Notes under the pieces: generated by a model
The model's input: the letters and a program-made list of their open reading frames with translations, nothing else
The model's database searches: none
Told to the model about the DNA's origin: nothing
Made by a program: the position numbers and the translations under genes
Part shown: piece by piece, positions 22,494-31,147 of the stretch
Layout: each line of letters opens with the position of its first letter
Position numbering within the stretch: the first letter of the stretch is position 1
Assembly: GCA_038523235.1 (NCBI GenBank)
Contig: JBCBJQ010000032.1
Coordinates: forward strand, 1 to 52,856
Length of the DNA stretch: 52,856 nucleotides
Origin: Cyanobacteria bacterium J06626_4
GTDB lineage: Bacteria > Cyanobacteriota > Cyanobacteriia > Phormidesmidales > Phormidesmidaceae
Direction of reading: 5' to 3'

Positions 22494-22859
22494 TTAGTAG
22501 CGAGGCACGGTCGGATCAACCAGCTTGGAATAGGCGTCGATGCCACCCGCTAGATTTTTGACCTGGGTAAACCCCTGCCCCCGCAGCCACTGACACATCT
22601 GCGCCGAGCGAATACCGTGATGGCACATCACGATCGTCTCCGTCTCCGGGGCGAACTGTTGATAAATCTGGGTTTCCCAATCGGCAAACTGACTCAGTGG
22701 CAGATTTGCAAATCCTTCAATGGCGGCAGTTTCGACTTCCCAAGGTTCGCGGACATCAATGAGCTGTAGGGCGGGCGGAGCCGCTTGGAGAATTTGCGCC
22801 AAGGTCTGGACGGTGATCTCTTGAGGCGATGACTCAGGGGAAAAGGGCACGGTAGGCAT
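22494..22859 (-). CDS. Rhodanese-like domain protein
   Basis: LIDVREPWE, active loop CHHGIRS, NLAGGIDAY and DPTVPRY. Confidence 0.92.
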   Translation of the reverse strand: MPTVPFSPESSPQEITVQTLAQILQAAPPALQLIDVREPWEVETAAIEGFANLPLSQFADWETQIYQQFAPETETIVMCHHGIRSAQMCQWLRGQGFTQVKNLAGGIDAYSKLVDPTVPRY

Positions 22860-23252
22860 AAGCAGGTGGGGGAAATAAACGCCAATCTCTCAACAGTCAG
22901 AATACTCAAGATTCCCATGGTTAAGTCGTCTTGTGGCTAGCATTTCACGCCGAGCCGGAGTCAGATGTGGGACGCAATACTGGGCACTGGTTTGAGCGGC
23001 TCTGTCAGTGTTATCGATTACGCTGGGTCGCGAGAAGCCACTATCCATCGCCCTGATTTAGCTGCCGGCCAGACCCTTCAAGTGGCTAGGCAGATTCACT
23101 GGGCGATCGCTAGTCGTGGCGATGTCGCCTGTGGAGTCTTAAAGCGGCTAAGAGTGGCGATGAAATATTGCCAGCCTTCTACCTCTTCACTTGAGGATGG
23201 GTGAAAGATCGCTAACTGCTGGCTGAAAAACCGGAAACTTCAGGATTTGTTC

Positions 23253-23268
23253 TGTATTTCTTGATACA
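23253..23268. promoter_or_regulatory. Putative NtcA binding site TGTA-N8-TACA
   Basis: TGTATTTCTTGATACA matches the NtcA consensus exactly and lies 39 nt upstream of the pentapeptide-repeat gene start. Confidence 0.55.
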
Positions 23269-23307
23269 AAAACAGATTACGATAGAAATTCAAGCAGTGG
23301 GGGTTCT

Positions 23308-24231
23308 ATGACTCAGTTAGACGTTTCTCGAGTTTTAGCCAAAGTTGAGGCTGGGCAGTCATTGGCCCAGGCTGAGTTGAGCAATCTTGACCTGAGTCAT
23401 CGCCGCTTAGATCGCGGCGATTTTTCGTCAGCGTATTTACGTCTATCTCAACTGCAACACGCGTCGTGCCGGGCGGCTAATTTTGCCCAGGCGACCTTGG
23501 TTTTGGCCGATCTGACCGGTAGCTGCCTAGAATCGGCCACGTTGACCGAGGCGGTGTTGACCAAAGCTTATTTAGATAAGGTTGATTTGCGTTGGGCGAT
23601 CGCCACAGCAGCTCAGTTTTATGGCGCGTCGCTATCGCAAGTAGATGCCTCCCACGCCTGCTTTGACCAAGCCAACTTGCAAAACGTCAATGGCCCGCAG
23701 TCTCGCTTTAAGCAAGCGAGTTTAGTCCAAGCTCAGTTAGATGAGGCCAATTTTAGTCAGTCCAGCTTTGAGGGGGCACAGCTGAGCCGTTCTTCTTGGC
23801 AAGGCGCCACCCTCGCGGGCGTTTCCTTCGCGACGGCAACGTTAACCCAAGCGAGTTTGCCGAAAACAATTCTCATCGGGGCTAACCTATCAGAAGCCGA
23901 TGCCCTGAGCTGTTCCTTTCAGGGGGCCGATCTGACGGCAGCGGTGCTGCAATCGGCGCAGCTAGATTGGGCTGATTTTTGGAATGCCAGTTTGATGAAG
24001 GCTGACCTGAGTCAGACGTCGCTCTACGGGGCCACGTTGGAATATGCCAATCTCAGCGGTGCTGACCTGCGCGGTGCTGACCTGCGCGCTGCCAATTTAG
24101 AAAACGCCCAGCTCACGGATGTGCAGTGGCAGGGAGCCTACGTGCGAGGCGCTCTATTCACAGATGCCTCCGGCTTATCTGCTGAACAAAAACAGTGGCT
24201 GCGGCGGCATGGTGCCTTGAATGTTGCCTAA
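23308..24231 (+). CDS. Pentapeptide repeat protein
   Basis: Continuous A(D/N)Lxx repeats, e.g. ANLSGADLRGADLRAANLENA. Confidence 0.93.
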   Translation: MTQLDVSRVLAKVEAGQSLAQAELSNLDLSHRRLDRGDFSSAYLRLSQLQHASCRAANFAQATLVLADLTGSCLESATLTEAVLTKAYLDKVDLRWAIATAAQFYGASLSQVDASHACFDQANLQNVNGPQSRFKQASLVQAQLDEANFSQSSFEGAQLSRSSWQGATLAGVSFATATLTQASLPKTILIGANLSEADALSCSFQGADLTAAVLQSAQLDWADFWNASLMKADLSQTSLYGATLEYANLSGADLRGADLRAANLENAQLTDVQWQGAYVRGALFTDASGLSAEQKQWLRRHGALNVA

Positions 24232-24269
24232 CCCATGCAGAATTCGGGATTAGACGATTGCTGGCAATG

Positions 24270-24330
24270 CCAGAATGCCTCCTGAAGGGGCAACAGGCTT
24301 CGCTAAAGCACCCTTCAGGAGGCGTTCTGG
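24270..24330. repeat. Long hairpin between convergent genes (possible bidirectional terminator or MITE remnant)
   Basis: Arms CCAGAATGCCTCCTGAAGGG (24270-89) and CCCTTCAGGAGGCGTTCTGG (24311-30), 19/20 complementary. Confidence 0.65.
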
Positions 24331-24436
24331 TGGCAAATCTTTTAAGGAAAATCATGTCTCCAGAACAAAAGCGCTGTTTGCCAGGGTTGAGCCGTGTCAA
24401 ATCCTAGAGATCGCGCTGCTGGTTTAAACCACCCGC

Positions 24437-25396
24437 TTATTTCAGAGCCGTCATGACGTCGTTATGAATGGTGCCGTTGCTTACCACGACGCCTCGGTTG
24501 TTCATCATTTTGACTGCAGTGTAGAAATCCAGGGGTTTGCCGTGCATATCGGTGACCCGACCACCCGCTTCTTCCACCACGATCGCCCCCGCCGCATGAT
24601 CCCAAATCTTTTCGCGATAGTCGGGGTACTTGGGCGATGGCAGGCGGAGGTACAGGGCTGCTTCACCCGCGGCAACCGCACCATATTTTGCTTGGCTATC
24701 CATCCGCACGGACGACTGGGTAATGCCCACGGCAGTGGCAACCGCTTCTTGCTCCGCCTGGTTACCGTGGCTGGCTTCGACACTTTCGACAAAACGGAGG
24801 CGATCACCATCGCCAGGCTGCACGACTTGCACCTGTTTAGCTTCTCCCCCAGCGATGGGCTGCATCCAGGTGCCGCCCCCGCGCACGGCGGTGAACAACA
24901 GACCGGGATTGCCCTGGTTCAGACTCAGGGCCGGACAGCCCAGCACGCCCACCTTAAGGTCGCCATCTTCAATCAGCGCCAGGGCGATCGCATATTGGTC
25001 ACCCCGCAAAAATCCTTTGGTGCCATCAATCGGATCTAACGTCCAAAACCGCTTGGCGGGCGCACCATTGCCGTGATCAATCCACTGCGCGACTTGATCA
25101 GAGGTGGTGGAACCGAGCACCGTGGTGACAAATCCGGTCACCTGCTTGAGGCGATCGGCCATGGCCGGCGATCGCAGTTCAGCGGCATCTTCTTCGCCCA
25201 CCACTGGGTCAGTGGGAAACGCTTCCGACAGCGCCCGACAAATAATCGCCTGCGCCCCGTAGTCAGCCACCGTCACCGGACTTTTGTCCGCTTTTTCGAT
25301 CGCTTCCGGTACCATGTCACGGCGCACCGCCTCACACAGTTGAGCGGCGGCGATCACCGCTGCCTGCGCCACTGCTAGCTCTTGTTCATACCCCAT
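24437..25396 (-). CDS. 3'(2'),5'-bisphosphate nucleotidase, HAL2-like
   Basis: KADKSPVTVADY, VGEED, WTLDPIDGTKGF, MDSQAKY and EKIWDHAAG. Confidence 0.93.
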   Translation of the reverse strand: MGYEQELAVAQAAVIAAAQLCEAVRRDMVPEAIEKADKSPVTVADYGAQAIICRALSEAFPTDPVVGEEDAAELRSPAMADRLKQVTGFVTTVLGSTTSDQVAQWIDHGNGAPAKRFWTLDPIDGTKGFLRGDQYAIALALIEDGDLKVGVLGCPALSLNQGNPGLLFTAVRGGGTWMQPIAGGEAKQVQVVQPGDGDRLRFVESVEASHGNQAEQEAVATAVGITQSSVRMDSQAKYGAVAAGEAALYLRLPSPKYPDYREKIWDHAAGAIVVEEAGGRVTDMHGKPLDFYTAVKMMNNRGVVVSNGTIHNDVMTALK

Positions 25397-25470
25397 GGCC
25401 TCATCCTCCCCGGCAATTGATTGCAAAATTCAGATTTAGTCTACCCAGGACATCCGCCACGATGAGGATT

Positions 25471-26391
25471 TCACTGAGGCGATTGATCGAGTGGCCACGG
25501 GGCCAGCGGCAACTGGTCGATCCAGCGGCGAGTGCCCCATGACTGACAGGCGAGGGTGGCGACTGTCGCACTTTGGCGCAGCGCTGTAACAAAATCAGCC
25601 GTTTGAGTGGCGTAATAACAAAACGCGCCGTGAAAAATATCCCCCGCCCCCAGCGTGTCAATTGGCTTAATAGTAGACACGGGGACGGTGCCCGATTGGC
25701 TGCTAGCAGAGGACTCAGCCTGATAGAGCAGTGCTTCACCGCCGCGCGTCACCGCGATTTGCGATATGTTGAGCGATCGCAAGTAGGCGATCGTGGCGGC
25801 AGCAGTGCCAGTGCCGGGAGGGTGAAAGTTGGCCGAAGCAATCACCGTCGTCGCTAACGGCAGCAGCAGGTCAAAGCCCGGTTTCCAGCTACCGGCATCG
25901 ATCACTACCGGCAATTTTTGTGGGCGAGCGAGTTGGGCCAGATGACACCCCAGCGCCATTTGGTGTCCGTCGAGCAGGAGGCAGTCAGCCTGATCTAGCA
26001 GGGTGTGGGGAAACGGGGCGCGCGGCAGGGGGCGATCAGCCGCATTGCGCGAAATGACTGCGCGATCGCCCGTCTCCACATTCACCACAATGGAAGAAAA
26101 CGGCGGCGGCTCTGTGGCTGTGGGCGTCAGATCCACTAGCTCCACGCCCTGTCGAGCCAAATCATCGCGGATGACGGTGGTGAGCGGATGCTGGCCTAAA
26201 GCTCCCACTAAACGCGCCTGCCCGCCTAGCGCCTGAAACGCAATCGCCGCGTTCGTTGCTGGCCCCCCTGCTGCTAACAGCATGGCCTCCGCCACCTGTT
26301 TCTCATTGGGCTGTAGCGATCGCCGAGTTTGATAAAGGCAGTCTAAAGTAATGAGCCCAACAAAGACTCCCGTCGTCATTCGAGTCTCCAT
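25471..26391 (-). CDS. PfkB family carbohydrate kinase
   Basis: AGGPATNAA and DTLGAGDIFHGAF signatures. Confidence 0.92.
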   Translation of the reverse strand: METRMTTGVFVGLITLDCLYQTRRSLQPNEKQVAEAMLLAAGGPATNAAIAFQALGGQARLVGALGQHPLTTVIRDDLARQGVELVDLTPTATEPPPFSSIVVNVETGDRAVISRNAADRPLPRAPFPHTLLDQADCLLLDGHQMALGCHLAQLARPQKLPVVIDAGSWKPGFDLLLPLATTVIASANFHPPGTGTAAATIAYLRSLNISQIAVTRGGEALLYQAESSASSQSGTVPVSTIKPIDTLGAGDIFHGAFCYYATQTADFVTALRQSATVATLACQSWGTRRWIDQLPLAPWPLDQSPQ

Positions 26392-26442
26392 TCGTCAGCG
26401 CCTCAGTTTATCCTGAAGCACAGCCCTCCCAACGAGACTCTG

Positions 26443-27306
26443 GTGACAGACATCAACGGCCCCGGCACGCTCTACATCGTGGGCACCCCCATTGGCAATT
26501 TAGGCGATATGACCTTTCGCGCCATCGAGACGCTGCAGCAGGTGAGTGTGATTGCCGCCGAAGACACGCGCCATACCGGCAAGCTGCTACAGCACTTTCA
26601 GATCGCCACGCCCCAAACGAGCTACCACACCCACAACTGGCGCAAACGCTTGCCCGAACTCTGCGATCGCCTGCAAGCGGGTGATGACGTGGCCTTGGTC
26701 AGTGATGCGGGGATGCCCGGCATTTCTGATCCTGGCTATGAGCTGGTCGAAGCCTGTGCCGTCGCTGATATTCGAGTGGTGGCGATTCCCGGCGCGACGG
26801 CGGCCATCACGGCCCTGTGTGTCTCTGGGTTGCCCCCTCAGCCTTTTGTCTTTGAGGGCTTTTTGCCGACCAAAGGCCGCGATCGCCGCGATCATCTTGA
26901 GCAACTGGCCGCCGAGCATCGCACCCTGGTGCTGTATGAAGCGCCGCATCGACTGCTGACCACCCTGCAAGATCTCCACACGGTCATTGAGGGCAGCCGC
27001 CCCATCGCCGTTACACGCGAACTGACCAAGCAGTTTGAAGAAGTCTGGCGGGGCACGCTGGCAGCAGCGATCGCCCATTTCACCGCTACGGCTCCGAAAG
27101 GGGAGTTCACCCTAGTGCTGGCGGGCAAGGCCGTAGAGCCCGCGCGACCGCTCTCAACCGCCGAGATCGAACAGCGGTTGACTGCCTTGATCACCACCGG
27201 CTTATCGCGATCGCAGGCCAGTCGCCAATTAGCCCAAGAAACCCCTCATACCAAACGCGAGCTGTATCAAATTGCGATCGGGCTGCCTGATCCCCCAACC
27301 GCTTGA
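26443..27306 (+). CDS. rsmI: 16S rRNA (C1402-2'-O)-methyltransferase
   Basis: LYIVGTPIGNL, AAEDTRHT, SDAGMPGISDPG, FEGFLP and RELTKQFEE. Confidence 0.95.
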   Translation: MTDINGPGTLYIVGTPIGNLGDMTFRAIETLQQVSVIAAEDTRHTGKLLQHFQIATPQTSYHTHNWRKRLPELCDRLQAGDDVALVSDAGMPGISDPGYELVEACAVADIRVVAIPGATAAITALCVSGLPPQPFVFEGFLPTKGRDRRDHLEQLAAEHRTLVLYEAPHRLLTTLQDLHTVIEGSRPIAVTRELTKQFEEVWRGTLAAAIAHFTATAPKGEFTLVLAGKAVEPARPLSTAEIEQRLTALITTGLSRSQASRQLAQETPHTKRELYQIAIGLPDPPTA

Positions 27307-27445
27307 TAGCTATGGCAACCGCCTGCAGCTTACTCAACATGCTTGCAGTTTTAATTCTGTAAGTTACGCACAATTACGCAAAAATCCGCTAAGCTCCATC
27401 ATGAGCACGCGCCCGACGGATGTCCTTCATTAAAAAAACTGGGTC

Positions 27446-28561
27446 ATGCTATCAAATTTGTTCAACTCCATCGCTTCGGAGGATGCGCTCCTGAGCGTCG
27501 TTCCTGACAGCGATTTTTTTGAGACCACCTCGGTGCTCGATCTGGTCTCAACCGTGAGCGCAGAGGCTGAGGCATTTTTACTCGATGGTTTAGAAACGCT
27601 GGAGACAGCGGTGGGAGAAATCTCCATCGACGCGGGTGTTTTCGACGGCATCCTCACAACGGCCACCGATACTTTCTCAGCCCTCTTTGACGGTCCCGAG
27701 TTCCTCACTGAAGCGATCGAGTTGCTCGCCGATACTACTGGTACGCTGTCCCTCGTTGATGGCATCGTGGATGCCACGTTACAGGTTGGAGATGGCATTT
27801 TTGAGGTCATCGACTTCGACTTAGCTACGTTTGCTGCCGATGGGTTTAGCTTCTTACTGTCATCGATAGACACCACCCTGCCGATTGAAAACGGGGCCTT
27901 GTTAATTGATGTCGAAACGGGGCTCGGTCCCGTCAGTGGCGTCATTGATATTGCCGATGGCGCCTTGGATGTTGATTTAAACACGCCCATTGGGGAGCTG
28001 GATTTCACCACTGACTTTGGCTCAGAAGCGGTGTACACCTTTGAGGTGCCGACGCCCTTAGGCACCGTTGATGCCACGCTTAACCTCGATAGTGGCAATC
28101 TGGAAATCCCTCTGTTTATCGGTTCTCCCATCATTGTGCCGTTGTCTTCCTTGTCGGGCGATCTGGCACTCGCTGACGGTACGGCCACGTTGGCGATCGA
28201 CAGTCAGTTTGGCCCGATCGCGACCAGCTTTGAAGTGGATGAACTGGTCAACGATTTAGTCATCGATACCCTCACCGGCGTATCGATCGACGCCGCGTTA
28301 ACACCGGATGGTTTACTCGATGTGCTAGCCACCTCAGGGACAGAGATCTTTGAGACGACGGTTGATCTGGTTGATCTGGGGGCTCAGGCCGTCAGCCTGC
28401 TAGAGCAAACCAGTGGTGACATCAGCCTCAATGAAGGGCTGATCAGCGGCATCCTTTCGGTGGGCGACGATTCTTTTGAGATTACTGAAACCGTCGCTGA
28501 CCTAGCCACCCTGCTCACCAATCCGATTGGCGATCTGTTCGCGCTGTCCGCCGCAGTTTGA
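27446..28561 (+). CDS. Extremely acidic repeat-containing hypothetical protein
   Basis: 371-aa ORF with no K/R/H/C/W, about 67 D/E by hand count and imperfect internal repeats. A terminator follows it. Confidence 0.8.
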   Translation: MLSNLFNSIASEDALLSVVPDSDFFETTSVLDLVSTVSAEAEAFLLDGLETLETAVGEISIDAGVFDGILTTATDTFSALFDGPEFLTEAIELLADTTGTLSLVDGIVDATLQVGDGIFEVIDFDLATFAADGFSFLLSSIDTTLPIENGALLIDVETGLGPVSGVIDIADGALDVDLNTPIGELDFTTDFGSEAVYTFEVPTPLGTVDATLNLDSGNLEIPLFIGSPIIVPLSSLSGDLALADGTATLAIDSQFGPIATSFEVDELVNDLVIDTLTGVSIDAALTPDGLLDVLATSGTEIFETTVDLVDLGAQAVSLLEQTSGDISLNEGLISGILSVGDDSFEITETVADLATLLTNPIGDLFALSAAV

Positions 28562-28608
28562 CGAGCCTAGGCTGACCGCACCGAGCGATCTCACTCACTG
28601 ATATGCCA

Positions 28609-28656
28609 GCCTCACTGTAGCGATGAATCTCTGACCCGCTGCGGTGAGGCATTTTT
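28609..28656 (+). terminator. Rho-independent terminator of the acidic protein gene
   Basis: Stem GCCTCACTGTAGCG / CGCTGCGGTGAGGC followed by ATTTTT. Confidence 0.65.
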
Positions 28657-28668
28657 GTGTCAGCAGGG

Positions 28669-28785
28669 ATAGCGAGCTGCAGTCAGATTTGGATTCTTTA
28701 AATTGCTGGATCGCTGGCTGCAATGCCCTTCCCGGCACCTTGAACCCGGTACCTTGAACCCGGCACCTTTCTACCCTCTGCTATA
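28669..28785 (+). mobile_element. MITE family A, copy 1 (with an extra 14-bp internal unit)
   Basis: Aligns end to end with 36571-36673 and the reverse complement of 30781-30884. Ends are ATAGCGAGC...CTCTGCTATA; internal CCCGG(C/T)ACCTT units. Confidence 0.75.
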
Positions 28786-28829
28786 CGTTGTATGCAACCA
28801 TTCGGCAACTTCGCGCTGAGAATAGCGCC

Positions 28830-28895
28830 AAGAACCCCGGTTTCTGTCGGAGAAAATCTGTGACGGACTGGTCATCCCCAAGAAACCGGGTTTCT
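28830..28895. repeat. Paired AAGAA(A/C)CC(C/G)GGTTTCT palindromic repeats
   Basis: AAGAACCCCGGTTTCT (28830-45) and AAGAAACCGGGTTTCT (28880-95), a type of repeat known in filamentous cyanobacteria. Confidence 0.65.
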
Positions 28896-29215
28896 GAAAG
28901 CCTCTTTTCATTGTTTGGAGTGGCGTGCCTGCGTCATGGACCGTTGCTCTGTTCTGAGTGAAGAGACTGGTAGTGTGCCCAATTGCTGGGTGAGCGATCG
29001 CCTGCTCAACAGCATTAATGTGCCAATTTTCTATCGACAAAAAGATTGATTGTGATTGCTGGCGAGTCACATTACGCTGAAGGATGGAATCTTATTAACG
29101 ACGCGTTTGTCAGGTGACTGACGTGGCGATCGCTGGTTTGACGGGAGTCAGCCTGGGTTGGTTCGTTTGAGCTAGCTCTTTGAGTTCTATGGCTGAATTT
29201 TGATAGCGCTAATTG

Positions 29216-30772
29216 ATGAAACTTGTCTCCGAACCGAGTATTGACATTAAAATCCGGCGGATGCAGGAACGGGTGCGATGGCAGCATGACCAGATCCGTC
29301 AGCAGGGCATCGACCAAACGCGTCTATCGATTCAAGGCGCTGGTGACGCTGGTGACGAATTCTCCTTCTTAGTGTTAGGCGACAGCGGCACCGGTCGCCA
29401 CCGCAGCAGCAGTCCGCAACGGCAAGTGGCAAAACAGGTCATGGCCCACGGCCAAGATGCCCGCTTTATTGTTCACACGGGTGATGTGGTTTATCTGGTG
29501 GGCTCGAGTGAGCAATATCGCGAAAACTTCATCAAGCCCTATCGAGAGTGGCTAGTGGGTGGGGAAGCTCATAAGCAGATCGCCTACGATCGCATGACTT
29601 TCAAAATGCCTTTTTTTCCGGTTTTGGGCAATCACGATTATTATGATTTGCCAAAATTAGTGGGGTTTTTGGCGGGCATCACCGGGCCGCTGCGGTATGC
29701 GCTCCGCTCCTATGTCGATATCGATGTGGGGTGGCACGGTTCGCGTCAGGGCGATGCTTACGCCAGAGCCTTTTTAGATTACTTGCAGGGGGTGCCTGAG
29801 CGGCGTCTTGACGAGCACCTTGCTGAGCATTACCCCCAATCTCCAGCGGGTGATCGCTGTCTGACCTATCAGCCCGGTCACTACACGCGATTGCCCAACC
29901 GCTACTACACCTTTCGCTATGGTGGTATCGATTTTTTTGCCCTCGATTCCAATACGTTCAATCATCCGCTGCCCGTTGCCGCCGGCGATAACCCGGAGGC
30001 CAGTCGGCAACGGTTGCAAACTGAGCGACATCAGTTAGAAGCGCAGAAGGCAAAGCTGTTACAACGACTCAGTGTCGCTGCTATCGGTTCCACGAATGCC
30101 GATGAGCGCGAAGACTGCACCGGCCAGATCGAAGAAATTGATGAAGCCATCTACGACATTGATAAACAGCTTTCCAATGACAGTCAGTCAACGGTTGATC
30201 GAGAACAGTTGGATTGGCTTCGCGATCGCCTGATTGCGTCCTGGCAAGATGCTGACGTGCGGGGACGGATCTTGTTTTTCCATCACCCGCCCTACGTGAC
30301 CGAAGCCACCAAATGGAGGCAGGGACAAACCCTCGCCATCCGTCATCATTTGCGTCAGGTCTTGGATGCAGTTCTCGTTGAGGTGGCAGACATGACTCAG
30401 GGGCAACCTCTGCTCAACCTCGTCCTTTGTGGTCATGCCCACTGCTTAGAATATTTGGAAACCCTGGATACCGGTCACGGGGATGCCCATATTCCCTGGG
30501 TGGTTTGCGGCGGCAGTGGCTATAGTTTGCGGCGTCAGCGAGCGGCGGGTGCTGAGCTGACCGAACGCGTTGACGGCGAGGAAAAAACGGTCGCATCTTC
30601 CCGCTTGTTTGTGGGGCGATCGGGCAAAGGCTCTACTCTCAAACGCCCCTACAGCGGCTTACGCATTGATGTTGGCGGCGGTATGCCCCTGAAGTTATCG
30701 ATCACTCCCGTTGTCGCTGAGAAACTGCCGGATAAGTGGTACCCCCATACGCTAAAAACCATTGAACTATGA
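29216..30772 (+). CDS. Calcineurin-like metallophosphoesterase
   Basis: VLGDSG, HTGDVVY, VLGNHDYY, FHHPPY and LCGHAH. Confidence 0.92.
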   Translation: MKLVSEPSIDIKIRRMQERVRWQHDQIRQQGIDQTRLSIQGAGDAGDEFSFLVLGDSGTGRHRSSSPQRQVAKQVMAHGQDARFIVHTGDVVYLVGSSEQYRENFIKPYREWLVGGEAHKQIAYDRMTFKMPFFPVLGNHDYYDLPKLVGFLAGITGPLRYALRSYVDIDVGWHGSRQGDAYARAFLDYLQGVPERRLDEHLAEHYPQSPAGDRCLTYQPGHYTRLPNRYYTFRYGGIDFFALDSNTFNHPLPVAAGDNPEASRQRLQTERHQLEAQKAKLLQRLSVAAIGSTNADEREDCTGQIEEIDEAIYDIDKQLSNDSQSTVDREQLDWLRDRLIASWQDADVRGRILFFHHPPYVTEATKWRQGQTLAIRHHLRQVLDAVLVEVADMTQGQPLLNLVLCGHAHCLEYLETLDTGHGDAHIPWVVCGGSGYSLRRQRAAGAELTERVDGEEKTVASSRLFVGRSGKGSTLKRPYSGLRIDVGGGMPLKLSITPVVAEKLPDKWYPHTLKTIEL

Positions 30773-30780
30773 TCTGCGTG

Positions 30781-30884
30781 TATGGCAGAGGGTAGAAAGG
30801 TGCCGGGTTTAAGGTCCAGGGAAAGGCCTTGCCGCCAGCGATCCGGCGACTTAAAGTATCCAAATCTAACTGCGGCTCGCTATA
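30781..30884 (-). mobile_element. MITE family A, copy 2 (reverse orientation)
   Basis: The reverse complement reads TATAGCGAGCCGCAGTTAGATTTGGAT...CCCGGCACCTTTCTACCCTCTGCCATA. Confidence 0.75.
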
Positions 30885-30949
30885 GCTGTCGCCAATCTAG
30901 TGAGGATCAGACTGCTCCTAGGTGTTCTCAGTACAGTGGCCAGCGCTAT
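30881..30949 (+). mobile_element. MITE family B, copy 1 (short, internally deleted)
   Basis: TATAGCTGTCGCCAATCT...GTGGCCAGCGCTAT matches both ends of the reverse complement of 43898-44004. Confidence 0.7.
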
Positions 30950-30981
30950 CAACCGCAAGCCACCGAAAACGTTCATCATTG

Positions 30982-31118
30982 CCGGCGAGACGAGCTTGAA
31001 CGCATTGCATCAACAGCAGTGGAGACCCTCGGCGAATTACGGGATCATCTCCCCCAGCTCCCCAGAATGATGTGCAGCATTCAGGATTTAGAAAAACCTT
31101 GAAAATCAGGAGAAGCTG
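30982..31118 (-). pseudogene. Diverged relic of the 5' end and upstream region of the mmeI-like gene
   Basis: Collinear similarity to 1890-2042 (CCGGCGAGAYGAGCTTGAACG...GCAGTGGAG...CCCAGAATGA...). Confidence 0.7.
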
Positions 31119-31147
31119 CGCAATTGTGGCGATGATTGCTGTTCTCT

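Noticed and set aside
21510..25426. Sulfur-metabolism cluster (DUF442, rhodanese, PAP phosphatase)
   Set aside because: The genes are separated by long gaps and an opposite-strand gene. There is no operon evidence and each gene is common.
27430..28188. 252-aa antisense ORF opposite the acidic protein
   Set aside because: A shadow of the biased codons on the sense strand; Ser/Pro/Lys-rich with no motif.
28731..28770. Short direct repeats CCCGGCACCTTGAA as a possible CRISPR array
   Set aside because: The 14-bp units are contiguous with no spacers and there are no cas genes. They are internal to MITE family A.
30782..31102. 106-aa ORF sharing RRDELERI with ORF 1705..2025
   Set aside because: It spans two MITEs and the antisense strand of the mmeI relic. 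The similarity is explained at the DNA level.
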